Shown here: piece by piece, positions 62,216 to 64,000 of the stretch
How positions within the stretch are numbered: the first letter of the stretch is position 1
Layout: each line of letters opens with the position of its first letter
Program-made: the position numbers and the translations under genes
From: Proteromonas lacertae
Taxonomy: Eukaryota
Length of the DNA stretch: 64,000 bases
Direction: 5' to 3'
NCBI GenBank assembly: GCA_002245135.1
Contig: NGBS01001172.1
Span: 1-64,000, forward strand
The notes under the pieces: generated by a model
Database searches by the model: none
The model's input: the letters and a program-made list of their open reading frames with translations, nothing else
What the model was told of the DNA's origin: nothing

Positions 62216-64000
62216 ATGGCTGATCATGATAGCAGAAAAAGGAGCATAGTGTGGAATTCTTTCATTGAAGATCCAGTTGATGAATGGTATGTAAGATGCG
62301 CTATCTGTGGAGCTAGATTATACAGAGGAGTGTCAAAATCAACAACAGGGATGTTGAGGCATTTAAAATTAACTCATAATACAGATTCAGATGATGATAA
62401 TTTATCACCTGATACACCAAACGAAAATAGAAGAAAAAGAGCTAGATTGGACAGCAATGCTAGTAATCTATCTATAAACCCTGTAACAATCCCAAGAGTT
62501 GCAATAAAAGAGAGAGCAAGCCAAATCAAATTAGCTTTAACTGTTTTATGTGGTGTTGAAGCATTACCTCTTGATTTTGTGCAATCCTCCTCATTTCATT
62601 CATTTTGTTCTGTTAGTACAGTAGATATAATAGGATTATTGCCAACTGCTGAACAAATTAGAGATAATCTGATAATATTAAGTGAAAGAGTTAAACAAAA
62701 TATTATTTTTGAATTAGAGGATAGTTGTATATACTGTACACTAATGTTTGAAATTTACCAAATAAAATCTCAATCATCAGTTTTACAAATCTCTTGTTCA
62801 TGGCTTGACAATGATTTGAGATCAAAGACAGTATTATTAGGTGCAAAAGTTTTCATCCAAACCGGAGATTTGACTGATTTAAATCTATTAATAAAAAGCA
62901 TTTTATATCCATATTCATGTATAATGAATAAAATAGTTGCCATAGTAACAATAGATAATGAATTATTAAAGGATAGTCTAGATATATTAACATCAGAAAA
63001 TTATTTAATATCCCATCCAACTATCATTGTATGTTATGCAGATACAGTAAACATATGTATAAAGAATGTAATTAACAAATTTAAACAAGAAGATCCTAAT
63101 TTTTTCATTAGTAAAATGCAATCCATCATATCACTCTTTCAAATGAATTTACCATTAGTTAATAGTTGGGTAAATCAAAAACAGAAACCAGAATTAAGTA
63201 TTGATCCATCATCATCTTCAGATTCATGGATTGCTATTTATAAAACCTTAGTAATAATTGACGAACAATGGGATGAATTTAGTTCATTTATAAAACCATA
63301 TATTGCAGATGATTTATTCTCATCTTTTTTTAACTCTGAAGTAAGAGTATCTATGGGAGATTTTCTGTCACTTATATCTCCTCTTATTGAAATAGTGAAT
63401 ATGACTTTAACTCAAATTAATAATCCTACTATTGGATATGTTTATCCATATATTCGGACTTGTGCTACTTTTTTATTGAGAGAAAATCCTTCACCTGAAG
63501 ATGGTTGGACTTTACCGAAAACTGATTTTGCTATTGAAGTTAGAAAAGCATTGCAAGAGCAGTTTGCTTATACGTGGAGTGCTAGTCCTTCAAAGACTAT
63601 TGCATTATCTTGTGTATTAGATCCAAGGTATAAACAAATGATTGTATTTACTGAGAATGAACAATCACAGATTCATCATGATTTAGTGCAAGAGATAGAG
63701 AATAATCGATTTAAGAATAATCGAAGTACTGGGATGAAGATGAATAATAATGGAAGTAGAGAAACTACTGGTATTACTTCAGCATTTTCTGTATCAAAGG
63801 TTTTTGAAGAAAAATTGAAGTCAGGTGATAGTATACCTAATACCAATAACAAAGATGCAAATTCTATTATTCAAGATTATTTTACTCACGATGTAGAACT
63901 GAATGATACTTTAGATACGACCAATTGGTGGAATACACATAGGGCAAAATACATTGAACTGATTCCATCCGTTAGAAAGTATTGTTGTATACCAGCAACT
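62216..64000 (+). CDS. BED zinc finger plus hAT transposase-derived protein (ZBED-like), partial, runs off the window
   Basis: SIVWNSF...CAIC...STTGMLRHLKLTH, CVLDPRYK, WWNTHRAKY...RKYCCIPAT; start and end are in the same frame over 595 codons; absent from the ORF track. Confidence 0.8.
   Translation, partial: MADHDSRKRSIVWNSFIEDPVDEWYVRCAICGARLYRGVSKSTTGMLRHLKLTHNTDSDDDNLSPDTPNENRRKRARLDSNASNLSINPVTIPRVAIKERASQIKLALTVLCGVEALPLDFVQSSSFHSFCSVSTVDIIGLLPTAEQIRDNLIILSERVKQNIIFELEDSCIYCTLMFEIYQIKSQSSVLQISCSWLDNDLRSKTVLLGAKVFIQTGDLTDLNLLIKSILYPYSCIMNKIVAIVTIDNELLKDSLDILTSENYLISHPTIIVCYADTVNICIKNVINKFKQEDPNFFISKMQSIISLFQMNLPLVNSWVNQKQKPELSIDPSSSSDSWIAIYKTLVIIDEQWDEFSSFIKPYIADDLFSSFFNSEVRVSMGDFLSLISPLIEIVNMTLTQINNPTIGYVYPYIRTCATFLLRENPSPEDGWTLPKTDFAIEVRKALQEQFAYTWSASPSKTIALSCVLDPRYKQMIVFTENEQSQIHHDLVQEIENNRFKNNRSTGMKMNNNGSRETTGITSAFSVSKVFEEKLKSGDSIPNTNNKDANSIIQDYFTHDVELNDTLDTTNWWNTHRAKYIELIPSVRKYCCIPAT

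Noticed and set aside
17468..64000. Blastocystis-type stop codons created by polyadenylation
   Set aside because: TGTTTGT-like motifs occur after some genes, but the intact genes whose 3' ends I traced have genomic stop codons, so there is no direct evidence here.

Overview
AT-rich eukaryotic (protist) genomic DNA with many ~26-37 nt GT-AG introns; a Blastocystis/Opalinata-like stramenopile host is my inference, not proven. The first ~17.3 kb is mobile DNA. Positions 1-~9,200 are part of a Maverick/Polinton-like element with a frameshifted rve integrase, a protein-primed family B DNA polymerase (pPolB) and several broken small ORFs. Next to or nested in it is a complete, more GC-rich 8,002-bp element (9221-17222). 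It has terminal inverted repeats, a perfect 6-bp target-site duplication (TTGGTA), a related pPolB and three orphan ORFs, but no recognisable integrase, capsid, packaging ATPase or maturation protease. Its right TIR carries a 203-bp near-perfect palindrome that is precisely missing from the left TIR. This compact, hairpin-ended pPolB element is the best candidate for an undescribed system. The remainder is host DNA: two Crinkler/RHS-type NTPase-nuclease paralogues, a kinesin-14, a giant membrane pseudo-calpain, an XRN fragment, a CDK11-like kinase, PSMA5, DDX59, DCC1, a PHD-fused AMT1/MTA1-type adenine methyltransferase, a PH-kinase-PH-WD40 protein, a CDF transporter, three CaaX-tailed helical-repeat proteins, tRNA-Val(CAC), a WD40 gene, glycogen phosphorylase and a catalytically dead BED-hAT gene. 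All calls come from reading motifs by eye; no searches were run.
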